Assembly: GCA_029953675.1 (NCBI GenBank)
Contig: JAMWBK010000007.1
Span: 1,550,001 to 1,614,000, forward strand
Direction of reading: 5' to 3'
Length of the DNA: 64,000 nt
Source: Rhodosorus marinus CCMP1338
Lineage: Eukaryota; Plantae; Rhodophyta
Below the pieces are notes generated by a model. The model was given only the letters and a program-made list of their open reading frames with translations. It ran no database searches and was not told where the DNA came from. Shown here piece after piece: positions 11,736-24,600 of the stretch; position 1 is the first letter of the stretch, and every line of letters begins with the position of its first letter. A program made the position numbers and the translations under genes.

Positions 11736-13110
11736 TTACATGGATTTTGTTTCCAGACCTCCCCGTTGGGAATCTAAATCAATCGAATTCGATAGCGTTT
11801 TCCCTGGAAATAGGCGTTCCACTTGATTCCTTTTGACAAAGCCGGGGACAGAGTAGCACGGATAATCAATAAAAACGAAGAAAATATAGGTACAACGTAG
11901 TTCCGTGACCGTAAACGTGTCGTGCAACCAACCCACGGACTGGCCCATGGGGTGACGCCAAGCCGCTTCCTGCGCATATTTCAGAACTGCTTGCAAAAGC
12001 AAAACAGGTCCAGCTGAAGTAGGCCCGCGTGTATCCTGAGGGTACTCCGCAGCGACTATGCCTAGTTCTGGTTTTTTGTGCCCGCCGATCGTTAGTGCTT
12101 ATTTTCTGAGGAGCAATTGCTCTGTGCGTGACACGCCCGCAAGGAGTCGGGTGTGTGTTTCTATTATAGACGTGCTTGTTATAAGCAAGAGCCCTTGGCG
12201 CTGACAGACCGTCATGGCCATGGGCAGAGATTGTGATGCAAATTTTTCTCTCTTGAACACGAAAGTGGCCAGCTTTCAGTGAAACCGGGGAGCAACACAT
12301 GACTAGAAAATAGTAATTTGCACGTACAACTTTTCGTCCTTACTTTTACTTGATCTCGGCGCGGGGTTGGGGGGGGGGGTGTGGGGTCGCCCAGATACTT
12401 ACTGCACCACGCGATACACAAAGTACCCAAAGACTAGCAAACGAACCCACCTTCATTTTGAGCTCGAGCTACCACGTTTTTGATATACCATTGAAAGTCA
12501 ATAATAGCCCTTCGGATTCGTGTGGACTTACAAGCCAGCCGCAGAGTCGTTTCCGAAACGACTTGAGCGCGACAGCCTTTCACGCTCAAGTGGACTAACC
12601 CTTCGGAATGTGTTCTGCACTCCGGGGAGTTCGCCAATATTGAAACGAGCCGGCCAGTATTCCCAGTGAGCTGGCTCTCCTCCACGTTCTGAATTTTGGT
12701 CACCGTACATTCACAAGTTTGTTGACCGTGACTAAAGAAACGATTTAGTGCTAGATATAAACGTGGCTCTATATTCAAAATTCCTCCATCATCTTTTTTT
12801 CCCAACGGTTGTTAACACGGTTGCAAAAACTCCGCAACGAAAACAACTTCCTGTGACGCGCTCGGACTTCGTCACGGCAGGTTCACGCTTGCTCGAAAAA
12901 GTCTTGGCTGATAGAAGGCCTCTGACAACGTGTGATAGATGCAATGATCTGAACGGCAAACCATCCGCGTCCGTCACCGCGTACCGCGCGGATTCGTTTT
13001 GATAATTTGGTATCCTCCTCCAGCGCGTAAATCCTCTTCGATACCACGTTTTGAGACTGCTCAAGTATCGTTACTCCTAAACAGTGCGGGGCACCAGGAA
13101 CCATAGAAAG
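11736..13110 (-). CDS. Probable multi-exon hypothetical gene or 3' continuation of the FAR1-like gene
   Basis: Several open segments bounded by AG/GT (e.g. HGQQTCECTVTKIQ...AQNE|GT; GIVAAEYPQ...TVTELR). The model is not resolved. Confidence 0.3.
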
Positions 13111-13313
13111 CTCCCCGTTGCAAGTTGTGCCATTCTTGAAAAGCGAGTTGTCAACGGAGCTTTCGCTTGCATTCCACGCTCCAAGAATCCAGCCGTATGG
13201 GTGTTCTTCGCCTGATGGTTGATTTCCTCAACCCTTTTGAGTCGCTAAACGCTCGTGGATGTCGGTGGCTTTGAACAAACATATATAAAAATAGACACGT
13301 ATATGTTTATCGC

Positions 13314-14443
13314 CTACGTTCCTCGAGGTCTGGTGCACCGTCCCGACGTGCTCACCGGCGGACTCACTCCCGCCCCGCTTTTGGTCAACGGCCTTCGAGC
13401 TCGTCTCCCACTGGGTTCCCTCTTGCCCGTCTCAGTGGCTGGAAGTCTGCCCTTAATCTGCCTACTAGAGCTCGCTTCACTGCCGAGCGTTGCTGAGGTT
13501 ACCACCAAACCATCCTTTCCTTCCTCCTTCAATCGCTTCCTAATTGTGGACCCGAACTTGGACACGGCCGCGACAATCTGACGACGTTCACATTCGTTCG
13601 CCATCACCAGTAGCTCCTTGAACTGGGTCTCGACCTCTTGGGCTTCCGCTTCCCTTCGCCTTTTTCGATCTTCCGGGCCTTCGGGCATCTTGACGTTGCT
13701 GGTGAAGTTCACTTTGCCGTGTCCAGTGTGTACCGGAACGGCGCTAACAACATACCAGCCGCTTGTAAGCTCTTCTGTTCTTGGAATTCTGCCGAAGACT
13801 CTTTTCAACAAGCTTCGTCTCGCGGTCATCTGGAACGAGTCGATATTCTCCAGAGAATCCTTCGAAAGCAAATGGGCCTGGGGAGATTGAAGGCCAGAAA
13901 GTGAAAAGCTTAATCAGTTGATCAAACAAACGTCTAGGGATGTTCGGGAGTGCCAAGAACAAGGTACAAGGAAAACGGAAAAACCTACCGAAACATAACA
14001 CTCACAGCTAAATTTCGGACCTTCGCCTCTCCTCCGTTTTCTGGTTTTGTCCTCCGTTTTGCTTTCTTCATCCTTGGGTTCAGCTGAGCGACAATGAAGA
14101 CGTATTCTGTTGGTTGATGACGTAGCTACGACAAGATCTGCGCCATTTTTTCTACACAGCGAGCGAATCTCGCGGCGGATTTCCATGATGTCCGTGCCTA
14201 AAAAGGTACCTAGCGAAAACGAACGTGTGAAGACGACAAGTCAGATCAGCAAGTTCCCAAGAAGAAGGAAATCCAAAAGAATTGCTGCACACCTGGAGAC
14301 CAAAAGCTTTCCTGCTTCCATCTCGCAACCACAGGCCTCCCGAAGTTCTCCATCTGCCCCGCTCCATGATCCATCATCATCCCTCCATACTGACCACCCC
14401 TCGCCACCGGCAAATTCCAAACCTGACCCTGACGCATCATCAT
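13314..14443 (-). CDS. Protein with a FAR1/MuDR-like (WRKY-GCM1 fold) zinc DNA-binding domain
   Basis: Spliced frame: GTFLGTDIMEIRREIRSLCRKNGADLVVATSSTNRIRLHC...KFSCECYVS|AHLL...GWYVVSAVPVHTGH, i.e. helix-S-R-x-x-C ... CxC ... W-x-V ... H-x2-H. 5' and 3' ends are approximate. Confidence 0.6.
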
Positions 14444-15068
14444 AGTCCCCACTGCCCCTGTAGTATCATCAACACCCCCATTTCCTTTCCTCCATCATCA
14501 AATTTCCCATCTGCCCATACCACATCGACCTACTCCACCAGTTCCCCTCGCCTCCCCATCACACCTCACCAAACCACTCCATCCCCCCTCCACCCACCCC
14601 CCCGCCAGTCACCTTTTCGCTCTCACTCCTCCTCATCAAAGTAACACACAGGGATTAGAAATTATGTCTTCAAACCTGAACAAAAACAAAACATTCCTTC
14701 ATCATAAAGGATGTTTTCCCTGCATCCTCCTCATCGCGTCTCCAAACTGCTTTCATTCCGATCGCAACCTCCCCATCCGAAAATTCCCCTCCAAAAACGC
14801 CTCCTTCGTCGTTTTCTCGTTTTCGGATTGTTTTTGATACATAATTCAATATTCATATTTATATATTATTGAAGTTTTTGTGATGAAATAATTTGATTAG
14901 GATTTTTTAAACGCAATATTTGATTTGGGGATTATGTTGTGTTGTGGAGGCGGATTGGTGGGAATGGGTTGAGGAGGTGGTTTCGCTCCATCCTGGGATT
15001 GAGGGGGAAGGGAGAAGTGTTGTAGGGTTTGGGGGGGACTTCTTCATGATACTCATCGCCCGCTCCCA

Positions 15069-15854
15069 ATGCCGATGAGTAAACGCAAGGACGACACAAT
15101 TAAATTTTTTTTGTACACGTTCGTACTCCTGGCGTCGGCGCCCTGGAGTTGCGGTATCTACTCTTTGCGCGGATGGCATTTATTCCATCCGCCAGGGCGG
15201 CTTTTGTTTTTGTTGGTGAGAACAGCGAGTAAAACAGATCTGGAGCTTTGTTTTCGTGCGAGTTGTTGATTTCGTCATATCAGTTACTTATGAGACAGGC
15301 TACCTTGAGGAGAGTGCAATGTCTATTTCGCCCAGCCGAGAACTGTTTTGAGCGGAGGGAAGGATTGTTTCGGGGGTAGGCCGAGCCTGGCTGAAACTCA
15401 AATGGAGGACTATTTCTTCCTTTCGCCAGCGACCAGAACAAATTCACAACAAAAACGCAAAAGTCAAGTGTAGAGAGGAATAGTCCAAGCGCAAGAGCTC
15501 TGTGAATCGCTCTATGCATGATACGAACACTCAAACAAGCGACTAATAGGACTAAGCAGCTCAATCCAGACCGGATTCATGCTCGCCGTAATTGAGAACA
15601 ACCCGAATCCGATCTTTTCCTCGTCCCTCGTGCTTCGCTGGATCGCTTGCCGATACGCTGTCTCTGAACTTGTTGATTTCAATAATCCGACAGTGGAAAC
15701 GCTATATGCGTTGACGGAGTGGCTTGGTACGAACAAAAAAAGGGAAGTCAAAATGATGGCGGGACCAGCACAGCCAGTGATTCTAACGATCCCCCAACAC
15801 GTCTCCCTGCCGCGTCCACATTTCTTCTCTTTTCAAGAGGCAAGGTTGTCATAA
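15069..15854 (+). CDS. Hypothetical multi-exon protein with a hydrophobic N-terminus
   Basis: G/T-rich leader 14930-15060. ORF MSKRKDDTIKFFLYTFVLLASAPW. AG-bounded exon from 15570 (TGFMLAVIENNPNPIFSSSLVLRWIACRY...EWL|GTACGA). No family recognised. Confidence 0.3.
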
Positions 15855-17279
15855 AAACGTCCGATAAAGGTTAGCGGACGAGTCTGATATGAAAAAGTGA
15901 ACAGCCTAATATGTAATCAACGAAGAAAAATCGTTTGTGACTGTCTGAAAATATTCGAGAAAAGCCGTCTAATTAGATTCTGTATTAGACTTTTTTCCCA
16001 AAGTGCGTCACTGGAATGTTTTCTTCGTTTATTAGATAGTACATGGACATATTTCGTACTAAGAACCTTCATCCGACGAAACATGACAGCCCTAAAAAAA
16101 AGGTAATTATTATTGAGGACTCAAAACAATAAACAAATACGAGTGTTATGCTACCAATTGCATCAAAGCAAACACCTCCGTACATTATCGACTACATTTC
16201 CCCCCTAGTTCTTCCCCGTTGAATCTAATATTTTCATATATTTACAAATTTAACCCTTATTTTACAGCGCGAATAAGATTCCCTTCCCCCCCCCCCCCGC
16301 TTCTTGCTTGTCATTTTTATCTTTTCATGTGGCGCATTTGTTACAGTTCGCACCAATTGAAAAAAAAAAAAAAAGATGCTGATGCGATACCACACTCTCC
16401 TCACCCCTCGTCACTATTTTTACCATACCAATTTTTGGTATTATGATAGTGAGAAACCGGACGATATTTTTAAAAATAGATTTTTACCAGGGAGAAACAC
16501 TTTGTATTCTCTTCGGCCACCCCTCCTAATTCCATCCGCTTTTTCCATTTTTCCGAGGCCGTTTTTTATGTATACTTTTTAACTAAATTGTAACTACATT
16601 ACCAGAAATATTTTACAATATAAAAATAGTAGACTGACGACTACGAAAAATTCGAATAAATCATGAAAAAGTAAAAAATGGTACTTCCGAGTACAATTCA
16701 ATCACCTTTTCCTGCCACTATTTTTTGAGGGCGACTACAAGACAAATGATTGAGGTCGATCTTCTAGAAAAAGAAACCAGATCATATTTTAAGATAATAT
16801 CTTGCGAAAAGTTTTTCACCGTTGCTACCCCTCGTATATCCAGATATATAATATTTTTGTTTTATTTCAGAGATAGATGGACATATCATAGAATAGAAAA
16901 AGGGGGGTTATTTTATACGGCGAATCTTCAATTTTGATTGCTAGGACTGTTTTAGAACGATTCCGCATCCAGCGCGTTCTAGGAGGGGTTGGAAGAGAGT
17001 ATAGAATTATTGAAAATAAAATAATCCGCCAATCTAGACCAGTTCTTTCTTGGCTTTAGGAATAGCCTGGGATGGCAGAGGGGAGTGGAATGGCGTTTTA
17101 CCAAAAAAGTGATTATCGTCGTCCAGTTTGGTACGGTATAAATAGTTTCGCTTTGCTAGGGTTGGGTAGAGGTGCGAAGGGGAGGGGGAAGGCGTTGGGG
17201 TGCGGTGAGTGTTGAGAGGTGTAACTGAGTTTCGGTATACAAAGTATTTTTTTTGGTGTGAGATTTCTTTTTAGTAGCC

Positions 17280-17519
17280 ATGCCGTGTGGAGGGGACTGG
17301 GCGGACTGTTCGTGCGCCGAAGGAGCGTGCGGGTGCGGCGAGACCTGCGGGTGCGGAACTGTGAAGCAGGCGGATGTGGATGCCTTGAAGAAGACGAACT
17401 GCGGATATTTGGACTGCAAATGTGGAGCTTCATGCACCTGTGGAAAGACGTGTACTTGCGGGGGGTCAGTTCCGAGGACTGAGGCTGACTGGGTTGCGCT
17501 TGCAAAGTCCAACAACTAA
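17280..17519 (+). CDS. Metallothionein-like protein (79 aa, 14 Cys)
   Basis: MPCGGDWADCSCAEGACGCGETCGCG-spacer-CGYLDCKCGASCTCGKTCTCGG: six CxC pairs in two clusters. Intronless, with a G/T-rich leader. Confidence 0.88.
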   Translation: MPCGGDWADCSCAEGACGCGETCGCGTVKQADVDALKKTNCGYLDCKCGASCTCGKTCTCGGSVPRTEADWVALAKSNN

Positions 17520-19028
17520 GCAGTGAAATCGAGCTATAGGATGGTGAGGTTTAGTTCGGAATTGGCTCCTACAGAGTTCTGGATTCTGCGTTAGCCTTGC
17601 TGGGAACCGTATCACTCCGTAGTTGTTTCCGTTGAGTAAGGGCTTCGTTTAGAGCGACTAAATAAACGCTACAAACGACTCGCTTAGTAGAATTGGTTGT
17701 TCTAGTCAATGCCAAGAGGCCGCGGCTTCTCCGTTGCTGCTGTTTCTAGCTGGTCTTTAGAAGTTTTACCACTGGAAGTGATCGCTATGATTGCGGTACG
17801 TCGGGGAGACAGCGTTCGCTGCTAAGACCCAAGTGCAGGACTGCAATTGCCCAACGAAAAGTACAAGCAAAAGATCCAACACGTTTTCTTGCCAATCGAC
17901 AAATCTGTCTCATGCGGTGTACAAGAATGGGGAAAATACGTAAACACACTCCCGCAGCGTTGCACGCTGCTGCGGCTGGCAAGAACCATCGCTTTCTTCC
18001 CTCAAATGCGCCAAAGCAAAAGCGTACACAGTTCTGTCGATGATACCGAGAGAGTTATCCTGACGAGGTTGATGAAACCAAGGAAGTAAGAACTAGCTAC
18101 GAAGTTTGAAGCAGATCCCTTTGGCCTTCTCATCCAGTCCCGCCCTCTCCAAGGCCCACGAACAAACCCACAGAAACCTTCTGGGTGGTGGACGCCACCA
18201 AAAAGCCAAACTGGTACAATGCCCGTAAATTCTTCCACAAATCAAAATATACAAATGTACTATAAAGTACTAAATAACACAAAAATTACAGTAAAAGCCA
18301 ACTGTTGACGCAGACTTGTTCATGAATTGTTAAAATAATTAATCCCATTTCCATTCACATTGCAAACGTATCCTAAAGCCTTAATATTTGTACTACAAAT
18401 TTAACTTTTGATGAAGTGACGAAAAAAGATTTTAGGGGGGGAGAAGGATATCAGTTCATAAATTCCTAAAATCCTAAAATTATAAAACTTCATAAAAGCA
18501 TATAGGAAAGTGAGAGGATTGATGTACCCCTGGTAGAAAAATTGATCCTCCGATATTGTTTTTTGGTTTTTTGGTTTTTTTTTAAGTGAGGGAGAGAGAG
18601 GAAGTTGGCTTTTGGAGAGTGGTGCGTTACCCATCAACGTCTTACGCGATAAGTGGGTATTCGGTGGTGTGGATAACGCGATGTTTATGAGGTGGGAGTG
18701 GTGAGGGTGAGGCTGAAGGGGGTGGGGGGAGGGGGTTGTTTTGGGTTGATATAGGGGAGATTTTGAGGAGGATGAGGATGAGGAGGAGGAGAGGGAGAGG
18801 ATGTACTTTGGTTTTTAAGGAACAGGAGATTTGTGAAGGCTTCGGTTGAGGTGATGGAGTTGGGCTGTTTTTTGGTGTGAGGTGTTTGCAATTCTAAGGT
18901 GCGGGCGCGGGGGAGGAAGATGACGGGGGTTTGGGGGTTGAGTGGAGTGGATGTGTTGAGGGTGTAGAGGGTGGTTTTTTTTTTGGTTTTTTGTGGTTTT
19001 GTTTGGTGTGTAGATAAGTCCTGTTGGG

Positions 19029-20901
19029 ATGTGGGATGGACGAGGTATGAACGGGTGGAATCGCCCGGTGATGATGAATTATGGGCAGGGGGATGATCAG
19101 AGAAGGGTCCCAATTTGGAATAGGGTGGAGCAGAGGAAGATAGCGGGTAATGCGGCTCCTCTGGCGAAGAATTTGAGCGCTTACTTGCAGAAGCATCCGG
19201 CGTGTGAGGTGTATAATTTGCAGGATAAGAGGGTTGTAGTTAGGAGAAATCGACCCCTCCTGCCACAGGGGAGCAAGGAGCGAGGTAGTGGAGGACAGGG
19301 CCTTGAACAGAGGGATTCTGCAGCTGCGTCACCTATGAAGCAGTCGCAACAAGTACCCCATCCGAACCCAAGCCAACCAGTACCACAACCGCCACAAGCA
19401 GTGGGTACACAGCAACAGTTCTATTCTCCGTTCAACAACGTGCATCATCAGATGGATACTAACCAACAACGACAAATCTACCACGTAAGCTCCAAAATCC
19501 GCTAAAAAAGCTTTTTTTCACGCTCTGACTGGATGAAAGAAAAAATCAACCTCCTGCTATGCACAGGCCAGCTATCCACATATGTATGATGGGAACGCGA
19601 TGAACAGAATGCATCCACCGCGGGGTCCCAACCAGTACTACGGTAACGAAAGCCATATGAACGATATGGAAGAGATGCGAGCGAGGCAATACCATGCAAC
19701 GATGACCAAAAAACAATCTCCCATAGCGACGAAAATGCACCTGCAGAACATGTACAACCAGAGATCCCAGTTTGGCGCGGGAAATGCGCACCCCATGGAT
19801 CCCGATAAGAACCGATCAGGCGCAGGCTTTCCGCCCAACCCCGCTCAGTCGCAACAATACAGTGCTAGTGATGGGTCAGGTCAGAATTGGAACCACAACA
19901 GCGGGATGGGCATGGTTCGAAAGGATGAGACCAGAGTCTTGCTGGATACCCCGACGTCTGCGCTTACGGATTCTTCAGAAAGCGTGCGTTTGCTTTCATT
20001 TCCGAAATCATTGTGCTTGGCGATGACTGAGTTGTCTAACCCTACACCTTTTCATCGCTTCTAGGCTCAAAGAATGGGTCTGGGTCAAGGACCCCTTGGC
20101 AAACGGTCTCCTAACAGACCGATAGAGGCGGAGACAAGCAATGAGCACCTTGCTGGTGAGATCGACTCGCTTCGATTACCCAGCGTTTCAAGCTTGGACT
20201 TCACAACCTCCTTCCCGCGGGTAAGGAGAAGAGAGCCCTTTGCCCCTAGCCCCTCACGGTGTGTTCGCGACATCACTTCCTAAAAATCCAAACTCGCCCG
20301 TTTCTGTTCTTGTTTCTGAAAGGCTGGCTGGACGGGAATAGACTCGAGTTATCAACCTGGGGTTGAAGCCGGTGGGGAGTTTGGTTCATACAGACGATCT
20401 AGAGACCACAGCATGGAGTTTGGTCAGAGTTTTGGCAGTATTCAACGAGATAATTCCACGCACGAAATGCTCTTCTCAATCCCTGCTAGCTTGCCGAGAG
20501 ATACTAGCGTGGAATTTAATGAGCGGATGGGCGTGTCCATCCCAGACGGCCATCAGAATCCGCAACAGTATGGCGAGGATGGGTTGGAAGGGGTAAGGAA
20601 CTGAATGGAAAGGAACGTGCTTGATTACTCGAGACGTTGAATTTTGCTCAAGCTCGTTTGTTCGTCGATCTCAATCCAGATATTCTCTCCTCCGCAGCAA
20701 GGATACATACCCGGCCATGGACATATATCGTTCACACCTCCTGGTGGAATACTTAGCTCCTATTCTAGTGATAGTCTTTTCTTTCAGAGCACTCAAGCAC
20801 CGAGTTTCACCGGACGAGCCGGTCCTGGTGGTGGTGGTGGTGGTGGTGGTGGTGGTGGCAACTCTCACAATGGATACGAAGATATGCGCGACGATCACTA
20901 A
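19029..20901 (+). CDS. BRK-like domain protein A with a Q/M/N/G-rich low-complexity tail, about 5 exons
   Basis: N-terminal [37 protein letters not shown] resembles the BRK consensus (RV.V.N...G..L.G..AP...L..WL..HP.yEV). Phase-0 introns at about 19485-19566, 20221-20322 and 20593-20697. Ends in poly-Gly and YEDMRDDH*. Confidence 0.75.
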
Positions 20902-21626
20902 CTCTATGCAAGGTAGGGGTTCGCTGAGTCTACGATTGTTTTGTCGAACCCAGCCCGATTCCCGTGAATATAGGCTGTACAGGAAATCCATGCTAAATGA
21001 CAAAACCTATGTAAAAAAAAAAAAAAAAAAGTTTGAGAAAACGAGCGCATGAGTCGCCCTCGTGAGTTTCTCCCGTTCACACTAGAAGAAAATTGGGTCT
21101 TTCATGCGCACATATCCCGACGGGCAGGTTGATAGCCGTGTTGCAAAGTTTTGTTTTCTTGGGTTTTTCGCAACTGGCTGGAAATCTGAAGTCCAGCACC
21201 ATCTGGGTCGATTTAGAAAGATCCATGTATCATTTCGAATCACAACAGTTTCCATCAGTCGTCGACTGCTTATGGCGAGTCATCCTGCCCTGGGACGTCC
21301 TTGTAGAATCTTCCGGGCAATTGCCAACGAAGGACGACAGCCGACACGGCTTGTCGACCAACGCAAGTGTAATCCGCATCATCTGTTCGCGGAGAGCTTC
21401 ACGAGTTGCTTGCAAGTAGTGTAGCTGCCGTTCAGCACGAGGCACTTAGTCTCAGACAGAAGATAAGTGTCCAACACAGCGAACGAGCTTGCACGAGAAA
21501 CCCTGTCCTGGCAGTTATTCTCTTGGCGTTGCTTTCTCTTGGCATCCACCTCCTTTATCTTTTTCATTCTTTAAAAATATTTATTAAGCTCTCTTGGTGT
21601 CCTGAACCGCTGGTGCCTCATATAGT

Positions 21627-24600
21627 TCAGAGAGCAGAGAGATCCTTTGCCAATGAGGTCAGTTTTTGCGGAACCTCTGCGGAGGGATCCGAACATGCGC
21701 GGAAAATTTGTGTGAGAAGCGCTCCTTCAGCAACGGATTGAATTCGGCGGTTCACCGTGCCTTCGAAGTTCCTGGCGCATTCCTCAGCGGCATCCGCAAC
21801 TGTGGATGGGATATTTGCCATCCGCGCACAGTGGATACCGCGACTGAAAGGTGCAACGCCGGGTACGAACTTGTACAGGAACGTGACGTCCTTGCGCTCC
21901 TCATCGACCTGTGGGATTGGCGGCAGATGCGTTTTAGACAAGCAGCATTATAGCGGGCGCTATGGATAATCATGAGTTGATTTCCCACCTTCGCGGCCAT
22001 TTCATATACAGCTGCCTCTGGGTGCTTCGCAAACTCCTTTGTCAGGAACTGATAGTGCGTCGAAAACAAAGTCCTGCATGCGCGAGTGAGTATTTCGTCT
22101 ACAACCGCGTGTGCGATTGCGTAGCCGTCGAATGTGGAGGTGCCCCTTCCGAGCTCGTCCAAAACCAGGAGCGAGTTTCTGGTAGCACAGTTCAACAGCG
22201 TTGCGGTCTCCTCCATTTCGACCATGAACGTGCTTTGTCCTCGAGTAATTCTATCCTGAGCTCCGATCCTCGTAAATATTCTATCGACAGGAGTAATGGT
22301 GCATGCATCTGCAGGAACGTAGCAACCAATCTGAGCCATGAGCACTGCTATACATGTCTGCCGCAGAACTGTGGACTTTCCGCCCATATTTGGTCCCTGA
22401 TATAGTCAACCACGAAGAAGAAAAAAAAATCCACCCTAAAATTTCAGGCTCTGGGTAAAACGGGTTGGGGGTGAGAAAGTCACTGATCATCAGCTGCAGG
22501 CTTTCACATACCGTAAGCAGAACCAGCATAGGATCGTCTCCGCCAAGTTTTGTATCGTTCGGGACAAAGCTTGCAGCGGCCCCACCATCCATTCTCTCCG
22601 CCACCAGCGGATGATATGCGTTCTTTAGAATCAAAACTGGAACAAATTCACAAGGCTACGTAAGTTGGTTTGCGTTTTGCACGCGCTTATTTTGGACACA
22701 ACAAAAGTTACCTGGTCGATCAGTATTGTTCTCTAGTACCTCAGGCCTACACAGCTGATGCCCGCTTCGTTTCTGCAAAGTTGCTGAAGACATGAGGGCA
22801 TCGAGCTTCGATACAACTTCCGCGATCGATGACCAGCAGTTGTAGTTCTCATCAAATCGACTTAAGACTTTCTTGAAAAGCCCGCTCTCCTGGTCGCTCA
22901 ACCCCTCCGAAGCATCAACTCTTAGGCGATATAGCTCCTGGATCCTTGGCGTCCAAAAGCGCTTCCCGGTTTGACTATCAGACATCGGAGTAAATTCGCT
23001 CGGTATTCGTCGACCAGGTTTGAACCACTTCTTCGGAACTTCGAGCTGATATCCTTCTTTCCCACGATGATACCATCTTAAAGACCGCTCACCAAGCTCT
23101 TCCCTCCACATCTCTAGTTCCGATTCAAGTTCTCGATCAACATCCTCGAGCTTCTCCAACGCCGCTAGATATTCTGGATCCCCAGATTCACCTATGGGAG
23201 GCTTAACCTGCTCATTGCAACCAAAGATCGTGTATCAGGGATCAAGTCCACTTGAGCCAACCGCTTGCGCTAGGCCAGCTCTCACCTCTCCTCTCTCCGC
23301 CTCGACAAAGTCGAAAGCACCTGTAAAGAAATAATCCAGGTTCTCGGTTGCGTCATCTGGAATGCTTTCCTCACCAGTAAGCTAAAGAAGACAAAGACGT
23401 TGCTTTGGTCAGATTCCATGACATCCGAAGAGGACGTGAGTGAGCCAAGTCGCTTCATTACCAGAGAATCGAGAATCTCGGACGTACAATCTGGCATTCC
23501 TTGCCATTCCTGTGTTATGCGGTCCGAAATCTCCAGTCCCGTCCTCAGGCCCTTGAGTACCTTGACGAAATCTATAACTTTTCGCTTGTTTGTATCATCA
23601 AACATGACGATAGTCTCTTCAGCAGCCGCAGCTGAGTGAATTCTCGCCAGACCCCTTTCCACATCCCCGAATGATGCGAACAGATTTCTTATCTGCACGT
23701 GACGACGGAATGAGCTCAGCCACAGGCCCCTTCTCGAAGCAGGAACTCAACTATCTCACATTACACTAAAAGGGAATAGATAAATACCTCGAGATGATCG
23801 GCCGCATTGTCAAGCAATGTTCCCAGAGCATCCACAGCATCCAGCCGCTGATTAATGGCATTGGCCGAGTACAAGGGCTTCGCTAGCCAAGTTTTCAAAA
23901 GCCGCTTTCCACCGGCAGTCCCTGCGTGGTCAACAAACGAAAACAGCGTGTCTCTCTCGGAGCCGTCGCGATTGTTCGCGAATATCTCCAAGTTGGATAA
24001 AGTACAAGCATCCAACACGAGATGCTTCTTGTCGGCGTCCATGTCCGCCAACTGACTCCCTCTGACAACCGATTGAATTTTCACGTTCCCCATTGAGAAC
24101 ACTTCCTGCAAATTTGCCGAAACAAGATAGCGTTCACCATGGTGAGTTGGGCAGAGCATCTGGAACATGCAGAGTTTCGCGGACGAAATACACACGTTTT
24201 CAATGCGCAAGTATTGAAAATACTTCCTGCAGACTCCCATCGCGGCTTCGGCAGACTTGTGCTCAGCCAAGTACTCCTTCACGTAGCTAGGCAAATCAAC
24301 ATTCGTATTAAGAGTTCCTGCCGTCTTCATCAAGGCAATCCCTTGAGATCTCTGGTACGAAGTGATCTGTTGAAAGACAGTCGACATCACCCGCATACAA
24401 TTAATCACAATTTCTTTGGGCCTAAGGAGGACCATCAACGTCTCCAGCCATGTGCCTGTGCATTTACAGAGAACGGTCAACAGATAGGTAACCTCGCACA
24501 ATAGCCTATAGTCGGTGATCATCTCGAGGTTTCTTACGTTTCTCATCGTCTTCAAATTCTCCTACGTACACAGCATTCTCCGAAGCATCGACGTAACATA

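Noticed and set aside
20826-20858. (GGT)n microsatellite as an independent repeat element
   Set aside because: It is explained as the poly-Gly coding stretch in the last exon of BRK-like protein A.
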